Shown here: piece after piece, positions 45,648-54,847 of the stretch
How the letters are laid out: each line of letters opens with the position of its first letter
Position numbering within the stretch: position 1 is the first letter of the stretch
NCBI GenBank assembly: GCA_964228815.1
Contig: CAXRAL010000008.1
Location: 3,132-67,131 of the forward strand
From: Candidatus Poseidoniaceae archaeon
GTDB taxonomy: Archaea; Thermoplasmatota; Poseidoniia; Poseidoniales; Poseidoniaceae
Length of the DNA: 64,000 nt
Reading direction: 5' to 3'
The notes under the pieces: model-generated
Database searches by the model: none
Told to the model about the DNA's origin: nothing
The model's input: only the letters and a program-made list of their open reading frames with translations
Program-made: the position numbers and the translations under genes

Positions 45648-48600
45648 TCACAACAAATCGTCGAGGAAGGAGGTGTCAATCTCGGGCATGCGAGGAGCAG
45701 CGGCAGGCTCGTCGAGCAGGCCGTCCAGCAACGAGGGGTCAACTTGAGGCTGAAGCACCGGCTGAGATGGTTGGTAGGCGGTTCGTCCATAATCTTGGCT
45801 CTGGATGCGGTTGGCTGCAGCATAGATGTCGTTGGCTTGCTGCGTTGAGACGCCGGGCGGCGGTGCTGGAGCGGCGGTTGGAGGCGCAGGTGGTGCAGCC
45901 GGTGCCGGCGAGTCCCAGCTCGAGTCCTGAATGCCCCAAGTGGCTTCTTGCAATTCCCAGTTCTTGGAACGACGGCTTGCGTTTCCACGGGCGCGAACGA
46001 TGAGCACCAAGAGCATGACCACGATGAGGACCATGCCTGCCGCAATGAGGTTCGGCGTCGTGAGCAACGATTCGAGCGTGAACGGGCCGTCATCGCTCAC
46101 ACCATCCGTGGTTGCACCGCTGCCGTCGAGGGGGTTCAATTTGACCGACTCGACCGTGGATTTTGCTACCGTGTCGTCGTAGGGCACCACGCCAATGTAG
46201 TACGCTGTGGCGTTGTTGAGGCCTTCGAATTCGTCGTTTGTGATCAGCAAGGAGTTGGCCGATACCGTTTGGCCAACCTTGATGGCGTCGTCGGTGGACG
46301 TGAACATCTCATCGCTGATGTAGATATGATAGCCCCTCACGTTGGCGTCGACCGAATGTTCCCATTCAACAAAGATGCTGGTTTGTTCAAACCACTCTGC
46401 GTTTACCTTGGCGATGTCGGGGAGGTACACACCCGGGTCTGTGATGCCTTCATCGGTCGCACTGGCCGAAACCATCGTGAGCATGTCGGTGTGTGCGTTG
46501 CCTGAAGAATCCACCACGACCACCGCCACCCAGATGGCCTGGCCCGGAATCACCGGTGCATCGTCAGCGACGACGTCGATCACCAGGGGCAGGTCTGGTG
46601 AGCGTTCCAAGCTTGCAATCTTGAGCGGGTCGTTGGAGAGGTCGCCCTGCTGCCCGACTTCGCCGGAGAAATTGTAGGTCGCAGCGAAGACATGGTAGGT
46701 AGCAACATCGTCGGCCTCGGAGAGTTCAAAGTCAAGCAGTAAAGCACGACCGTTGTCATTGGGTCGGTCGGTCAAGGACAAGTCGGTCAACCGGTCTGGA
46801 GCCGTGTTGTCGTTGATGTTGTCGATGGGCGTGACGCTCACTTGGGTCAGGTCGGTCAAGTGGACGTTTCCGCGCAAGTCGTGAACAGTGACCACGACGA
46901 AATACTCCACATCGGCTTGAATCAGACCCGGGGCGCCATCGGCGAGCGAGCCACCCTCGGGGACGACCAAGGCCGTGGAGAGGGTGAGCTGAATGGGGTT
47001 GGTTCGCTCGTCAATCCACTGTTTGTTGAACGAGAAACATCCGCAGGCTTGGGGGTTGCTTCCGAAAGCCGCATAGGCGGTGGAGAGGTCCTCAACCGGG
47101 GCGTTGGAAATCCAGACCGTGTACGAGGCGAAATCCTCGACGGTGGACGGTTCCCACACCACATCGATGGCGCTGCCGTCGTCGTCGGGATGGTCAAAGG
47201 CCATCAGCGAGGTGATGCGAGGCGGCGTACCGCCTTGACCGATGATGTTCTGCAGTGGAGCAGCAGCGACCAAGAGCACGTCGTCGGTGTTGCCGTTCAG
47301 CCAGACATCGTAGGCAACGATGCCGACGGTGTAGATCTGTCCGTCGATGAGCGGTACACCGTCCAAGGACGAAACGATGGTGCTGTTTTCATCGCACGGG
47401 TTGATGACGGCTGCTTGAGCAAAGCCTTCCACGCTTGCGCTCGCACCGTCGGTTGCCGTGTGGTCGCCCTGTTTCATGTAGACCGTGTAGAAGGCACAAT
47501 CGTCAGCCGTACTGAGGTCCCAACTCACGACCAATCGACCTCCTTCGTCGTCAGGGGCATCGCCCACCGTGGTGCCGGTGATGGGATCGGGTGCATCGTT
47601 GTCGTTGAGCTCACCCGTGGGCACCACGGGGCCGACCACGGTAACGTTAGACAGGTTCTCCTGGCCCGCTTCGTCAACACAGGTGAAACCAACCCACACC
47701 GGCACACCAGGGGTCTGCTTGATGACGGACTGGTTGCCTTCGTTGGGAGCGTAGGACGTGTACGGGGTTCGTCCGAGGGCATCCACCATGGGGGTGGTCG
47801 AGACGTAGACGTTGGTTGAGGCCAAGTCAAGGGCCGTACATCGTGCCCATTCGAGTTGGATGTCGCCGTCGTCACCGCTGCTCCCAAGGGCTCCAGCGCT
47901 CGCCCAGAGCGGCGCACCGGGGACCTCATCGGTGGGGGAAGCAGGCCCAAACGGTGCAGAAACGTCGCCCCAGCGACCGTCGGTGTATTCGACCACAGCC
48001 ACGGCGTAGTAGTCGGTGCCGTCCATGAGCGGTGCACCGCCTGCGGTTTCGATGTCAGCGCTCAGTCGGCTGTGAAGCGAGACCGCTTTGTCGGGCGTCT
48101 GACCGAGAAGTTCCAGTTCGGTTGGCGCCGTGGCCCAGGGGCCTTCGTTGAGGAAGATCAGGTAGCGCGCAAAGTCTTCGTCGTGCACGAGGGACCACGA
48201 AGCGGTCAAGACGCCACCTCCGTCGTCGGGTCGGTCGACCAAGCCCTGAACGGCCACGGGGGTATCGCTGCGAACATAATCGTAGGTTAACCTGACTTCG
48301 AGGGAGCCGTTGGAAGGGGAGAAGAGCCGCAGAGCCACATGACGGGTGTTGTCGTAGAGTTGCCCGGTATCCACGGCGTCCTGCAGGTTGCGGCCGAGGT
48401 TGGGGTCTTCGGTCAGGTTCAGCGTGGCATCGTATTGCAAGGCGACGGATTTGGCCCACACTGCAGCGCCTGCAGACGGGGACGTCATGACGACCGGGAC
48501 GTTTTGGAAGAGGAGGCCGTGAATCCCCGGCGTTCCTTGCGTGGCGTCCAAGGCGAACGGTGCCGTGGGGTCAACCAGTTCGATTTGCATGCCCAGGTGG

Positions 48601-51600
48601 GTCATGTCGCTGATGTTGATGCCACCGCCGTTGCCCATGGCGCGGACCGTCAGCGGCAAGGCACGGCGCATCGACGAGGATTCAACCGATGTGAACTGGC
48701 CGTTTCGCTCCCAGCCCAGCAACCCGTCTTCGGCGATTGCCCAGATGTGGTTGGTGCCCAGGGTTCCGGTGATGAGGCCAGCCGCCCCAAGGGACGCCGT
48801 AAAGGCGTGCGCAGGCGTACGCGCTTCGCTGAGGAGCAAGTTGTCCCGTGAACCGACGGACAGGAGTTCTTCGCCGTCGCTCAGCATGTGAACGATGGGG
48901 TATTGAATTTGAATCGAGGCCGTACCGTCTTCAAAGTCGCCGGTAGAGGCGTTCCAGTGGGTGAGCGGTCCAACGTCCGTGGCCATGTGAAGCCCCCACC
49001 AGTCAGCGGTTAACGCCGTCACCGTGTTGGACGGGAGTTGATCGAAGCGGTGCGTGGAGATGACCTGTTGGGTTGACGGGTTGATGAGGCTCACGCCGGG
49101 CCGGTCAGCGCCACGTCCGTCGTGGCTGACGATCAGGGTGGAGACACCGACATTGTTGGTGTTCACGGCCAAGCCCCAGGTTGATTGTCCCATGAGGCCG
49201 TTGCTGGCGGTTAGGGTTGACCCGCTTTGCGTCGAAGGGTCCCACACAAACAGGCCGGCAGGCGTTGCCATGTAGACGAGGCTGCCGACGGCGAGCACGT
49301 CTTCGACCACGTCGGTTGGCAGGCCGTTGAAGGTCGTGATGGAATCCATCCAGTCGTTGGTGGAGTAGTTCCAGCGGCCGATGCCACCGTCGGTGGCGAT
49401 GTAGAGCACATCGGTGGTTTCGGCAAAGCCGTTGACGATGTTGGATGGTAAGCCAGCGATGAGGCGGCCGTTGCCAAATTGCGAGGTCAAGGGGTTGAAC
49501 ATTTGAACGCCCGGTGGACTACCGCCGTCACCGGCCAGCCCAACGACGAGTTGGCTGTTGTAGGTGTGCATCGTGTCGAACTTCCCGTGGAGCGAGCCGC
49601 CCACCGCCGAGATGGTGCGGGTGGTCGTGTCGAGTTTGAGCATACCACCGGGGTTGGTCGCGATGAAAAGGTCCGTTCCGTGCAAGTGGAAATCACTGGC
49701 CACCGTGTTACCGGGGAGTGTCCAACCGTACTCCCATTCAACCGTGCCGTTGGGCAGGAAGGTCCCTTGGAGCAAGCCAGTGCCGGTGCCACCAAAGTTT
49801 CCTGTGGTGGCCGATGTTCCGGTCGAGGCCCACAGGTGGGTGGCGTTGGCCACCATCGTGGACACTTGGCCGCTGACGAGGCCAGGAAGGTCGACGACCG
49901 TTTGACGTCCCGATGATGAAAGGGTGGCGACTTCGCTGTAGCCGGAGGAGCCACCAGCACGGCCGATGAGCCACTCGGATGAACCGCTGAGCCACTGCAA
50001 GGACGTCACGGGGGAACCGGCGCCCTGAATCTGTGCTTGCAAGGCGGTCGCACCGCTGGCCACCAAGGTTGAGTATCCACCTGCGATGAGGTTTGAACCC
50101 GAGTTACCCACGGCGTGACCGACGATGAGTTGGGTGCCAGAATGCGAGAGGGCGTCGTACCATACCCGGTCACTGGGAAGGTTGTGGCTGGACGTGGTGA
50201 GGCTGGAGATGAAGCCCGAGGTCGGATAGCTGTAGCGGCTGATCGGTTGGTTGTCAGCATAGTAGCCGATGTAGAGCGTGTCTTGGCTGTCGCAGGTGAC
50301 CGAGGCCGGGCCGAACCCGTCGAGTTGACTGCGGTCAAAGCCGGCGTTGACCGTGGCGTTTTGCAGGTCGATGCGAGCAATGCCACCGTTGTTGTTGTAC
50401 ATGGCGATGTTGAGCATGCCACCGCACATTTCCATGGAGATGGGGTAGCCGTCGGGGATGTTGTTGTTGGAATCGGCCGGGTAGGACGTCCATGCGCCGG
50501 CGCCGTTGCGATGCGAGATGATGCCTTCCCTAAACTGGCCGAAGTTGGTGAAATCAGCTCCACCAACGACCAAATGCGTGCCATCGGTCCAGAGTTCGTA
50601 GAAGATGTCGCCTGCGTTGCTGGGCAGTCCGTTGCCGGCTTCCCACGTGGTGTTCCACGTGTTGGTGTTCTCGTTGTAGCGAGCGATGCCGTCTTCGGTA
50701 GCAAACAGCGTTTCCCCGTTGTGCTCAACGATGCCGCGAATAGGGAATTCGAAGTTCGTCCACGCATTCACGAGGTTGCGATTGCTGTCGTAAAGTTCCA
50801 ACTTCAACTCACCCCACGATACCCACGTATTGCCGTTGGAGGATTCGTAGGCCGTGACTCGGTCAATGGACCCGGTTGGGAGAATATTTCCTTCCCACGT
50901 TGAGGTGGTGGTGTTCCATCGAGCGATACCACCCGAACCGTCGCTTTGCCACCACTGGCCCGATACCACGCTGACCATCAGGGTGTCACCGGACATTTCC
51001 ATGCTGACGATGTCGCCGCCGTTTTCCCCAACACGAGCGCCGATGTCGAGGTTTGAGAGCGGGACGGCATTGGTGACGTTCAAGCGACTGACTTCATCGC
51101 TGGAAGTGCTTGAGTGGTAATACATGATGTTGTTGTGGATGATCATGCCGTAGGGGTCGCCGTCGGCCGTGTATTGGCTGCTGGTTCGTTCAATGTCGTA
51201 GACTTCGGCACCGTTGGTCACGTTGATGAGTTGGAAACCGTCGCTTCCTCCGACCCAGATCATGTCTTGGCGGATGTCGGCGGCCAGACCGGTGACATCG
51301 TCGTTGCCCCCGTCGAGCACGCCGTTGTCCTCGGTGAAGGGCACCAGCCACTGATTTGAGGTGATGTTGTAGCGGAGGACACCGAGGCCTTCGGTCCCGA
51401 TGTAGGCGATGTCGCCCATGACCTCAACCACGGCGTTACCCGTTTGGGTGCCTTGGCCCCAATTCTGATCGTGTTGGAAGTTGGATTTCGTGATGAGACC
51501 AACACCCGAAGTGGTGCCGCCGTAGACGTAGGTGCTGTCGTAGCCGACGCTGTACGTAGCCCAGTTGGGCATGCCGTCGTAGACGTTCTGGCAGTCGTTG

Positions 51601-53987
51601 ATGCCCATGGTCGCGATGCTGTACTTGCATACGCCGATGTTAGTCCCAGCGTAGAGGCTGCCACCGCTGATGCTGCCTTCAACGGCGAAGTCGAAGAATT
51701 GTTGAGGCCGTGTTTGCCAGGACGACCCCTGGCCGAAGCTTGTCATTTGGCTGCCGTCCCACTTGCGGGCGCCTTGCTGCGTGCCGATGTAGAGGTTGGT
51801 ACCGTCGGTGTCCAAGGCGTAAATTTGGTCGGAGGGGAGCAGCCCACCGCGGTTCCCTGCGGTCAGGGGGGCGAGAATTTCGCCGGTGCTGAGGTCTTTT
51901 CGCACGACGCCAAAGCCTTGCAGCCCGAGGTGGAGGATATCGCCGACCATGGCGACCGATGCGTAGTTGACGCCATTCACGCCGGTGGAACCCCATGGCT
52001 CAAGCCAGGTGTCGTTGGTGATGTCGTAGCGCAGGACGCCTTTGTTTTCGGTGGCCATGTACGCCGTGTTGTCAACCAAGGCCACGTCGCCAACGAAGGA
52101 GGTTGGGAGGCCGTTGGTGGTGTCGTAGGACGTGCACGCTCCAGTGGTTCGGTCAAAGTGGACGAACACGCCGCTCTCCAGTGAGAGGACGAGATGATCA
52201 TCGTTGGCGGCCACGCTCATGATCTCGGTCGTGGACGGGTAGCAACCGTTGGTGCCGTCGTAGGTCTGGATGCTGTTGCCGCTGGTGTCCATCTCTTCAA
52301 CGATGGGGGAGCCTTCCATGGCGAACAGGAGCGTGGTTGCTCCCTGCGAGGATGGTGCGGCGACGGTGTGCATCACGTTGTCCGAGACCGACCACGGCGT
52401 GAGCCAAACCGAGTTGCTGATGTCGTAGCGCATGACGAGCATGGAGTTGTCCGCCGACCCGATGTAGAGGACGTTGTCCACCTCGACCAAGTCGGTCATT
52501 TCGTCGGTTGCCGGTGCGCTGGCGAGCAACATTTCGCCCTCAACGAACGGGGATTGGTTCGGGGAGAGGTGAATCAGATTGCCGCTTCCGTCGTCAACGA
52601 GCAACGCGTGGGTGGCGGGCGAAGCACCGCCGCTGGCGGGCCAACTGGTGAGCGAGGCTCCTTCGTTGGCCAAACCCAAGGTCGCTAAGTCGTAGGTCGT
52701 GCTGAACACGCCGTTGGTCGTGTTGTAAGAATGCAAATCCTTGCCGGCGAGGATGTAGAGAGTGGGCCCCACGCGCTCCACACCGGCTACGGTGTCGCTC
52801 GAGAGCCAGTTGGCGGAGGTCCATGTGGAGAGCCAGAAGCCCGCAGCATAGTCAAAGCGGGCCAGGCCGTTGTCGGAAGAGCCCAGCAGGAGTTGGTTGC
52901 CAGAGACGGTCATGTGCGTGATGCTGTCGGAGTGCAGGGTGTTGGCTGAGCTCCACGTGGAGAGGGCGTTGGAGGCCGTGGTGTCGTAGCGGAGGACGCC
53001 CACCCCCTCAACGGCAGCGTAGACCACGCCGGCGACTTCGACCATCGAAAGGGCCTGCGTGCCGCCGTCCGTGCTTGAAACGGAGGCCACGGTGGTCCAC
53101 GTTGAACCGTCCCACATGACGATGCCAAGACCGTTGGCGGCGAAGACGTCGCCGTTGCTGGCCATGATGAATTGGTCGACGTTTCCATCACCGAGGGCGG
53201 GTTGGTCGGAACTGTCACTCAATGAAATGGCACGGAAGGTGCCGTCGGCCAGCAGAAGATGGAGCAAACCTCCCGCCGTGTCCATGACCATGTCGAGCAC
53301 GCCACCTTCGCTGGCGAAGTCGTACACGTCGATGGTGTGGGGGTTGTTGTTTGCATGGAGAAGCACCAATTCGTCGTTGGCTGCGAGGTAGAGGACGCCA
53401 CTGTCGGGATTGACGGCGGTTGCGCGGAGGTCAAAGTCGTAGGGCGTGAGCGATACCAACGGGTCGGCAGGGGCAAGGGCTTCGATGACCATCTGGGTAA
53501 TTTCAGCGTCCGAAGGGAGGTCCCAACCCGCTCCGGAGTTGCTGTTGGGGTTGAGTCGGCCGCTGTAGGTGCTGCCCGTGGTGAAACCGTCGGCTTCGCC
53601 CAAGGTTCCAAGCCCCCGCCAGTCGAACAGCGACGTGCCCAGTCCGTCAATCACCAGCTGTGGTTCGTGGATCGTCATCCCGTCTTGGCCGCTGGCTCGG
53701 ACCTCGAGGGTCACGTTGGAGAGGACGGCGCCGGGGGCGAAGGACAAGTTCCAGTCTGCGGTGGCCCGCTGACCGGTTTCAGGTACAGCGCCAAGCGCAT
53801 CAAGCGTGACCCAGCCGGTGTCGTTGCTGCCTTCCAGGGGCCAGGTCACGCCACTGGGTTCGGCGTGGGCGGAAACCACGGGCGACGTGAGCAATGGGCC
53901 CATGGACATGAGCACCATCAGGACCACCATGGACAGGGCGCGTGGTCGCTGGCCCTGAGAGGGAGAGGCTGAACGCCCATGTTTCAT
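45648..53987 (-). CDS. Giant (2779 aa) type-I surface protein: multiple beta-propeller (Reg_prop/YYY-like) repeats, about 4 FN3-like modules, TM and Pro-rich cytoplasmic tail
   Basis: Signal peptide (ALSMVVLMVLMSMGPLLTSPVVSAHA). Dozens of repeats of the type NGLP(S/T)..V..(hydrophobic)...G..(hydrophobic)Y(hydrophobic)(A/G)T..G(hydrophobic)..(Y/W)D. Abundant N-x-S/T sequons. Modules start with D-x-P-(D/N)-D-x-G. TM helix NLIAAGMVLIVVMLLVLIV at 45996-46052, followed by a 115-aa tail. Confidence 0.85.
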   Translation of the reverse strand: MKHGRSASPSQGQRPRALSMVVLMVLMSMGPLLTSPVVSAHAEPSGVTWPLEGSNDTGWVTLDALGAVPETGQRATADWNLSFAPGAVLSNVTLEVRASGQDGMTIHEPQLVIDGLGTSLFDWRGLGTLGEADGFTTGSTYSGRLNPNSNSGAGWDLPSDAEITQMVIEALAPADPLVSLTPYDFDLRATAVNPDSGVLYLAANDELVLLHANNNPHTIDVYDFASEGGVLDMVMDTAGGLLHLLLADGTFRAISLSDSSDQPALGDGNVDQFIMASNGDVFAANGLGIVMWDGSTWTTVASVSSTDGGTQALSMVEVAGVVYAAVEGVGVLRYDTTASNALSTWSSANTLHSDSITHMTVSGNQLLLGSSDNGLARFDYAAGFWLSTWTSANWLSSDTVAGVERVGPTLYILAGKDLHSYNTTNGVFSTTYDLATLGLANEGASLTSWPASGGASPATHALLVDDGSGNLIHLSPNQSPFVEGEMLLASAPATDEMTDLVEVDNVLYIGSADNSMLVMRYDISNSVWLTPWSVSDNVMHTVAAPSSQGATTLLFAMEGSPIVEEMDTSGNSIQTYDGTNGCYPSTTEIMSVAANDDHLVLSLESGVFVHFDRTTGACTSYDTTNGLPTSFVGDVALVDNTAYMATENKGVLRYDITNDTWLEPWGSTGVNGVNYASVAMVGDILHLGLQGFGVVRKDLSTGEILAPLTAGNRGGLLPSDQIYALDTDGTNLYIGTQQGARKWDGSQMTSFGQGSSWQTRPQQFFDFAVEGSISGGSLYAGTNIGVCKYSIATMGINDCQNVYDGMPNWATYSVGYDSTYVYGGTTSGVGLITKSNFQHDQNWGQGTQTGNAVVEVMGDIAYIGTEGLGVLRYNITSNQWLVPFTEDNGVLDGGNDDVTGLAADIRQDMIWVGGSDGFQLINVTNGAEVYDIERTSSQYTADGDPYGMIIHNNIMYYHSSTSSDEVSRLNVTNAVPLSNLDIGARVGENGGDIVSMEMSGDTLMVSVVSGQWWQSDGSGGIARWNTTTSTWEGNILPTGSIDRVTAYESSNGNTWVSWGELKLELYDSNRNLVNAWTNFEFPIRGIVEHNGETLFATEDGIARYNENTNTWNTTWEAGNGLPSNAGDIFYELWTDGTHLVVGGADFTNFGQFREGIISHRNGAGAWTSYPADSNNNIPDGYPISMEMCGGMLNIAMYNNNGGIARIDLQNATVNAGFDRSQLDGFGPASVTCDSQDTLYIGYYADNQPISRYSYPTSGFISSLTTSSHNLPSDRVWYDALSHSGTQLIVGHAVGNSGSNLIAGGYSTLVASGATALQAQIQGAGSPVTSLQWLSGSSEWLIGRAGGSSGYSEVATLSSSGRQTVVDLPGLVSGQVSTMVANATHLWASTGTSATTGNFGGTGTGLLQGTFLPNGTVEWEYGWTLPGNTVASDFHLHGTDLFIATNPGGMLKLDTTTRTISAVGGSLHGKFDTMHTYNSQLVVGLAGDGGSPPGVQMFNPLTSQFGNGRLIAGLPSNIVNGFAETTDVLYIATDGGIGRWNYSTNDWMDSITTFNGLPTDVVEDVLAVGSLVYMATPAGLFVWDPSTQSGSTLTASNGLMGQSTWGLAVNTNNVGVSTLIVSHDGRGADRPGVSLINPSTQQVISTHRFDQLPSNTVTALTADWWGLHMATDVGPLTHWNASTGDFEDGTASIQIQYPIVHMLSDGEELLSVGSRDNLLLSEARTPAHAFTASLGAAGLITGTLGTNHIWAIAEDGLLGWERNGQFTSVESSSMRRALPLTVRAMGNGGGINISDMTHLGMQIELVDPTAPFALDATQGTPGIHGLLFQNVPVVMTSPSAGAAVWAKSVALQYDATLNLTEDPNLGRNLQDAVDTGQLYDNTRHVALRLFSPSNGSLEVRLTYDYVRSDTPVAVQGLVDRPDDGGGVLTASWSLVHDEDFARYLIFLNEGPWATAPTELELLGQTPDKAVSLHSRLSADIETAGGAPLMDGTDYYAVAVVEYTDGRWGDVSAPFGPASPTDEVPGAPLWASAGALGSSGDDGDIQLEWARCTALDLASTNVYVSTTPMVDALGRTPYTSYAPNEGNQSVIKQTPGVPVWVGFTCVDEAGQENLSNVTVVGPVVPTGELNDNDAPDPITGTTVGDAPDDEGGRLVVSWDLSTADDCAFYTVYMKQGDHTATDGASASVEGFAQAAVINPCDENSTIVSSLDGVPLIDGQIYTVGIVAYDVWLNGNTDDVLLVAAAPLQNIIGQGGTPPRITSLMAFDHPDDDGSAIDVVWEPSTVEDFASYTVWISNAPVEDLSTAYAAFGSNPQACGCFSFNKQWIDERTNPIQLTLSTALVVPEGGSLADGAPGLIQADVEYFVVVTVHDLRGNVHLTDLTQVSVTPIDNINDNTAPDRLTDLSLTDRPNDNGRALLLDFELSEADDVATYHVFAATYNFSGEVGQQGDLSNDPLKIASLERSPDLPLVIDVVADDAPVIPGQAIWVAVVVVDSSGNAHTDMLTMVSASATDEGITDPGVYLPDIAKVNAEWFEQTSIFVEWEHSVDANVRGYHIYISDEMFTSTDDAIKVGQTVSANSLLITNDEFEGLNNATAYYIGVVPYDDTVAKSTVESVKLNPLDGSGATTDGVSDDGPFTLESLLTTPNLIAAGMVLIVVMLLVLIVRARGNASRRSKNWELQEATWGIQDSSWDSPAPAAPPAPPTAAPAPPPGVSTQQANDIYAAANRIQSQDYGRTAYQPSQPVLQPQVDPSLLDGLLDEPAAAPRMPEIDTSFLDDLL

Positions 53988-54127
53988 GGAGATAGGTGCA
54001 TTTTCCCCTTATTTGAAAGGAAGCCCTTGCTGACTGAACAATGCTCGGTTGCTTTTACGCTTCTGTGGCCTGTTTGTGGCGCAAACATCGGGGGAATCTT
54101 TTCCTGATGTTGCACCCCGCATGAACC

Positions 54128-54712
54128 ATGGAAGAAGCGTTTTGGAACACCGAGGGAGGAGAAAAGGAAAGCGCTAACAACGGCACCGATGCTCCTATGA
54201 GTTCGTCCGAATCATCGCCCCATGCAACCGAACACGTCATTGAAGGCTCCCCGCTCATGATGATTGGCGGCCTCCTACTTTTTGCGGTGATGGCCGCATC
54301 ACTCCTTTCCAGTGCTCTCGGCGACGGCGTTGATTACACGTTTGAAACGGTCGCCTTCTCAGTGGTAGCGCTCGTTCTCCCGTTGTATGGATACGCCCAG
54401 TACAAGAAAACGGTCATCATTTCCTGGAAACAAGAACAACGTCTCGTGGAAGTCTTCAAAGGATTCCGAAACAGTGAGGAACGAAACACCATGCTTTCGT
54501 ACACGGCTGAGCCGGGTGATCAAATCATCATTCAGTCCGAAACAACACATTCCGGCGGTCACCGCTCCATGGATCACGATTACACCGATTCAAAAACAGA
54601 ATACTGGTTGGTGATCAGGCGAAAGGATGGCACCTACGTTGAATCCTCAGACACTGCAAGGAGTACCTTTTTTCTGAAGCGAATCAAGCAACACCTCGAT
54701 CAACTTCAATGA
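54128..54712 (+). CDS. Hypothetical 2-TM membrane protein (lower GC than its neighbours)
   Basis: 194-aa ORF with two hydrophobic helices and a soluble C-terminal half. It is visibly richer in A/T-ending codons. No family recognised. Confidence 0.5.
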   Translation: MEEAFWNTEGGEKESANNGTDAPMSSSESSPHATEHVIEGSPLMMIGGLLLFAVMAASLLSSALGDGVDYTFETVAFSVVALVLPLYGYAQYKKTVIISWKQEQRLVEVFKGFRNSEERNTMLSYTAEPGDQIIIQSETTHSGGHRSMDHDYTDSKTEYWLVIRRKDGTYVESSDTARSTFFLKRIKQHLDQLQ

Positions 54713-54847
54713 ATCAAATCAAATGTGTTCGCACGATGTTGACGTGCTGAAAGTTCACCAGCACGGCTTCAACCTCGCACAACAATCAAACCCCGCCTCT
54801 CCGCCCTTTCGGTGGGGATAGCCTTGTCCAGGAGCAAAAAAGACGAG

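Noticed and set aside
46842-53972. Several 160-325-aa + strand ORFs inside the giant gene (46842-47819, 50115-50903, 51444-52184, 53259-53972 and others)
   Set aside because: All are antisense to one continuous 2779-codon ORF with a coherent repeat architecture. Their Gly/Val/Asp/Arg-rich translations are typical shadows.
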